From NCBI GenBank assembly GCA_963748015.1, contig CAVVHE010000004.1:1-64000 (forward strand): a DNA stretch of 64,000 nt. The letters are read 5' to 3'. A program made the position numbers and the translations under genes. This document shows positions 60,022-64,000 of this stretch, one piece after another. The notes below the pieces were generated by a model. It made no database searches and was not told the origin of the DNA. It was given only the letters and a program-made list of their open reading frames with translations. The stretch's first letter is position 1, and each line of letters opens with the position of its first letter. Source of the DNA: Terriglobia bacterium (lineage in GTDB: Bacteria; Acidobacteriota; Polarisedimenticolia; Polarisedimenticolales; JAIQFR01).

Positions 60022-60886
60022 CTAGAGCAGTTCCCGTATAGCGGCGTCGAGGTCGTCCGGCGAAAACCGGACGAGGGCCAGCTCGGGGCCGTCGTGGGCG
60101 GCGGAGAAGGCGTGGGTCCGGCCGAGGCGGTCGCGCCAGGAGCCGGTGATCCGCGCCGACTCGTGCACGTGGCCGTGGAGGGTCAGCAGGGGCTGGCGGG
60201 CCTCGACGAAGCGGCGGACGGCCATGCTCCCGACGTGAACGTCGAGCGGCACGTGGTCCACGGTCATCCCGTCGAGGGCCGCTCGATCGAGCAGGGTCTT
60301 GTACGGCGGGGTGTGCATCAGGAAGATCGACCGCGAGAGGTCGGCGTCTCCCGCGAGCCGGTCGAGATCCTCGCGGATCGTGCCGAACCGGAGATCGTGC
60401 TCGTTCGTCTCGACCGTGTGCCACCCCTCCTCGGGGGCGTAGCAGCCCGGGTCCACGTAGCGCGAGACGTCGTAGCGCTCCCAGTCCTTGAGGCGGAAAG
60501 GGGTAGGCGGTACGCAGGCGTAGCCGTAAACGGTGAGTTCGCCCCAGGCGACGCTGCGCCCGTGAGCGTAATCGAAGAGGCCTCGCTCCGAAGCTTCGAG
60601 GATCGCCTGCTCCTCGAATCGCGCGTCGTCGTTCCCGAGGATCAGGAATACTCGTCGGGTAGGCTTCTCCGAGCCGCTCCCGGAGCGAGGCGAATCCTGC
60701 GACCAGGTCGTCATGGATGAAACCGTGGTGGGCCAAGCCGGCGGATCCCGTCGCCATCATCGGGTGGGGGAGGAGGTCGCCGCCCAGGAACACCGCCTCG
60801 GGGCGCTCGGAGGCGACGGCGGCGAACAGCTTCCGGTACCGGTCGAGGCGGCCGTGCAGGTCGGAGACGAAGAAGCAGTCGCTCAC
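60022..60886 (-). CDS. Calcineurin-like metallophosphoesterase, frameshift near 60650
   Basis: SDLHG, GGDLL, GNDD, HTPP, HVGS, LHGHVHE. Confidence 0.85.
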
Positions 60887-60893
60887 GGCGCGC

Positions 60894-63869
60894 TCACGGA
60901 CCGGACGGCTTGAGGATCACGCCCTGGTTCTTCTTCCCGTTCATCTTCACCGTCAGCGCGTCGCGGAACCGGAGGTGGCGCACGAACTCCAGCTCCTCGA
61001 CCGCCGGCTGCTCGGACAGCCAGCTCCAGTCGACGAAGCCCTGGTCCGCGTCGGGATTCACGGTGAAGTACCCCACGCGGCTCGAGGTGATGTTCTGGAA
61101 GAAGTGCGTACCCTGCGAGGGAGTCACCTTGAAATCCTTGAAGCCGGACTCGACGATGACGCGCGCCGACGCGATCTGGTCCCAGGTGACGGGAATCCCG
61201 AGGAACGGGTCCGCCGAGCCCCAGCGGCCGACGCCGATCAGGAGGTACGAAAGCCCCGCGGAGGCGAGGGAGGCGTTGATCCTCGCCACCTCGCGGGCCA
61301 CGTCCCGGGAGCGGCCGCGGTCGAATCGGTGGTAGTCCACGACCACCACGTCCCTGATGTCCTCGATCCTGCCGTGTCCCAGGACCGCGGGGCTCGAGCA
61401 GAGGACCTGCGCCGTCTCCTCGCCGCCGATCGCGAGCTCGGCCATCTCGCGCGACAGAGCGAGCGGCCGCAGCTGCAGGAAGCCGAACTCCTTGGGCTCC
61501 CCGGGCGGCGTCGAGAGCCGTACGGCGAACTCGATCTCGACCGGGGTGCTGGTCCCGTCCTTCCCGATCTCGAGGAGGGCATCGAGGATCTCGGCGAGCG
61601 GGAACAGCCGGTGCTTCAGGATCGGCGCGAAATTCACCAAGCGCACGCCGGGCCGCGAGAGGCCGTCCGAGACCGCGTCGTTCTCGTGCGAGTAGGTGGA
61701 CCCGAGAAGGGACAGCGTCCCGTCCGCCTCGGCGGTCTCGAGGCTCAGGCGGCGCAGCTCGAACGCGTCGTGCCCCTCCTCGAGCCCGGAGTCGCGCAGG
61801 GTGAGCGCGTAGAACTCGCGCTGCGAATTCTGGAGGATGTCCCGCACCGACGAGAACTGCACCAGGTGGCGCGGATACCGCGGACAGAAGCGGATGCACG
61901 CCCCGCCGTCCGAGACGGTCTCTCCGAGCCCCAGCGCGACCGCGGCGATGCCGTCCTCCGTCGTCATCGGGGCGACCGGATAGAAGTTGTACGAGCGGGC
62001 GACGCCGGCGAAGTCCGGATAGAACCGGTCGCCGTGGACCGCGCCCACCACCTTCTGGAGGATCACCGCCATCTTCTCTTCCTCGAGGCGGTAGGGCGTG
62101 GTCCCGAGATAGGTCTTCGCGCGCGTCGAGAAAGTCGAGGCGTACACCCGCTTGATCGCGTCGATCAGCTGGCCGAGACGCACCTCGGTGTCGGGGTGGT
62201 TGTTCGGCAGCATGTACGTCTCGTAGATCCCCGCGAACGGCTGGTACTGCGAGTCCTCGAGGAGGCTCGAGGAGCGCACGGCCAGGGGATAGCGCACCTT
62301 TTTCAGGAGCGCGGCGAGGTCCTCGCGGTATCCCCCGGGGAAATCGGCCTCGAGGAACCGGCGGAGAACCTCGGCGTCGTCCACGGCGTTGATCGCGAAA
62401 TCCCCGAGCGCGTTCTCCTCGAGGAAGAGATCGAACACGTCGGTGGCCAGCACGACCGACGGCGGGACCGAGACGCGGACGTCCGGAAAACGGTCGCGGG
62501 CCCCGTGCTCGCTCAGCAGCAGGTTGACGAACGCGAGGCCGCGCGCCTTGCCCCCGAGCGATCCGCCGCCGATGCGGGAGAAACCCGAGTCGGGGTCGAA
62601 CGACTCGCGGTCGAAATCGGCGACGATGCCCTGCTTCAGGTCGTGCCGGTACTCCTGGATGGACCGGATCATGTCGGATCTCAAGTCCTCGAGGGTCGCG
62701 AAATCCGAGACCTTGCGGGGGCGCAGCCGGTGCGCGAGCGAGAACTCGGTCCTCGCCTTGAGCCAGTTGGAGAAGTGGTTCCTCTCCCCGTGGAACCCGA
62801 GGCTCTCGACCGGAACGGTCTGGAGCTTCTCCTCGAGCTCCTTCAGATCGTGGGCTCGGTCCACCTCGGTGCCGTCCGGCAGCCGGAAGACGAAGTCGCC
62901 GAAGTTGAAGTTCTCCACCATGAAGCGGCGGAGCTGCTGGAGGAACGTCGGCGAGCCCTTGACGAGGAACGACGCCCCGGCCTCCTCGGCGAGGACCGCG
63001 TTCTCGCGATGGCTCGACTGCAGCATGATCGGGATGTCGGGCTGCACCGCGCGGACGCGGCGGGCCAGCTCCGCGCCGGCCTCCCTCTCTAGGCGGCCGT
63101 CCTTCGGGAACTCCACGTCGGAGATGATGCCCAGGACGTTCTCCCCGTACGACTCGAAGTAGGACCACGCCTCCTCGTAGGTCGAGCAGAGGAGGATCTT
63201 CGGGCGAGCCTGGATGCGCATCAGCTTGTGGGAGAGGTTGATCCCCTCCGGAACCAGGCTGTGCGAATGGTCCATGATCTCGGTGTAGATGACCGGGAGG
63301 AACGAGGAGTAGAAGCGGACGTTGTCCTCCACGACCAGGATCACCTGGACGCCCATCACGCCCGAGTCGTGCTCGACGTTCATCCGGTCCTCGACGTACT
63401 TGACGATCGCCAGCAGGATCCTCACGTCCCCCTGCCAGAGAAAGATCCTGTCGATCTCCGATACGTCGTTCCGCTTGACGAAGTCGCTCATCTCGCGGCT
63501 GTCGTACGCCAGCAGGACCACCGGGACGTCGAGCCCGGCCTCCTTGACCTTCCGCGCGAGCGTCAGGGCGTCCATGTCGCCGAGGTGCATCGAGGTGATG
63601 ATCAGGTTGTAGCGCGGCTCTTGCCTGGCGAGGGCGACCGCCTGGGCGCCGGACGACACGCGGGTGAGCCCCGGGGTGTGCCGCAGGTTCAGCTCGAGGA
63701 ACTCGCTCAGGATCAGCTCGTTCAGCTGGCCGTCCTCGGCCAGGATGAACGAATCGTAGAGGCTCGAGACGAGGAGTATGTCCTCGACACGGCGCCGCAT
63801 GAGGTGCTGGAACCCTTGTGCCCGCGCCCAGAGCGCGAGCGCCGCCGGATCCGGCTTGGCTTCATCCAT
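60894..63869 (-). CDS. Receiver-domain + PPDK_N domain protein
   Basis: Degenerate receiver plus receiver (VVEDN, IISDV, LQSS, LVKG); SNWLKARTEF; GGKARG, AVRSSSLLED, LQLRP, GRWGS..SQGTHFF. Confidence 0.85.
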   Translation of the reverse strand: MDEAKPDPAALALWARAQGFQHLMRRRVEDILLVSSLYDSFILAEDGQLNELILSEFLELNLRHTPGLTRVSSGAQAVALARQEPRYNLIITSMHLGDMDALTLARKVKEAGLDVPVVLLAYDSREMSDFVKRNDVSEIDRIFLWQGDVRILLAIVKYVEDRMNVEHDSGVMGVQVILVVEDNVRFYSSFLPVIYTEIMDHSHSLVPEGINLSHKLMRIQARPKILLCSTYEEAWSYFESYGENVLGIISDVEFPKDGRLEREAGAELARRVRAVQPDIPIMLQSSHRENAVLAEEAGASFLVKGSPTFLQQLRRFMVENFNFGDFVFRLPDGTEVDRAHDLKELEEKLQTVPVESLGFHGERNHFSNWLKARTEFSLAHRLRPRKVSDFATLEDLRSDMIRSIQEYRHDLKQGIVADFDRESFDPDSGFSRIGGGSLGGKARGLAFVNLLLSEHGARDRFPDVRVSVPPSVVLATDVFDLFLEENALGDFAINAVDDAEVLRRFLEADFPGGYREDLAALLKKVRYPLAVRSSSLLEDSQYQPFAGIYETYMLPNNHPDTEVRLGQLIDAIKRVYASTFSTRAKTYLGTTPYRLEEEKMAVILQKVVGAVHGDRFYPDFAGVARSYNFYPVAPMTTEDGIAAVALGLGETVSDGGACIRFCPRYPRHLVQFSSVRDILQNSQREFYALTLRDSGLEEGHDAFELRRLSLETAEADGTLSLLGSTYSHENDAVSDGLSRPGVRLVNFAPILKHRLFPLAEILDALLEIGKDGTSTPVEIEFAVRLSTPPGEPKEFGFLQLRPLALSREMAELAIGGEETAQVLCSSPAVLGHGRIEDIRDVVVVDYHRFDRGRSRDVAREVARINASLASAGLSYLLIGVGRWGSADPFLGIPVTWDQIASARVIVESGFKDFKVTPSQGTHFFQNITSSRVGYFTVNPDADQGFVDWSWLSEQPAVEELEFVRHLRFRDALTVKMNGKKNQGVILKPSGP

Positions 63870-64000
63870 CGTGCCCCCGATCGGGGAGTCGCGCGGGACG
63901 GTGCGTCCCGGAGCCGTCATTCTACAAAGTCGGGAGAGGAATTTCCGCCCCGAAAGGGTTTCCGACGAGCGGCAGAATCTCGCCCTCCCCGATGTCGCCG

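Noticed and set aside
56243..60720. Very long alternative ORFs (1218 aa minus, 1312 aa plus) and similar ORFs throughout the GC-rich part
   Set aside because: Shadow or antisense frames of real genes in high-GC DNA; Arg/Pro/Gly-rich with no recognisable motifs.
54865..63869. Calling the three PPDK_N genes ppsA or ppdK
   Set aside because: They lack the canonical TSHAA His motif and the C-terminal pyruvate-binding barrel.
13189..64000. GC-rich part as a horizontally acquired island or prophage
   Set aside because: It carries ordinary housekeeping genes, has no integrase, att site or phage genes, and starts mid-gene; a chimeric join is more parsimonious.

Overview
The window joins two unrelated genomes. 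Bases 1 to ~13,190 are AT-rich (roughly 35% GC by eye) and look Bacteroidota: a T9SS-type PKD protein, an IlvD-family dehydratase, mnmE, sucD, fabG, an M48 peptidase, tRNA-Thr, a FISUMP protein, an AraC regulator, tRNA-Gly and TAnnTTTG promoter motifs. At ~13,190 the sequence switches mid-gene to very GC-rich DNA (roughly 70% by eye) from a diderm bacterium of uncertain taxon. Many genes carry indel frameshifts, probably long-read errors. They are dense from 1 to 26 kb and almost absent from 26 to 60 kb. Three signals stand out. (1) A glutamate dehydrogenase locus (53.4-63.9 kb) holds three paralogous PPDK-N (ATP-grasp) proteins that lack the pyruvate-binding barrel and share a GRWGS...S[QF]G[TS]HFF His motif. 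One is fused to a GAF-like sensor and a nucleotidyltransferase, another to receiver domains, and a metallophosphoesterase sits alongside. This is a candidate uncharacterised signalling or protein-modification system. (2) Two families of intergenic rod-like palindromes have a conserved, covarying core but outer arms that differ in each copy while staying self-complementary. (3) A cluster (13.2-20.8 kb) encodes cupredoxins, a diheme cytochrome, a cytochrome lipoprotein and a Cyc2-like cytochrome-porin, next to ECF and GntR regulators. No CRISPR array, integrase or transposase was seen. All calls rest on motif recognition by eye; no database searches were run.
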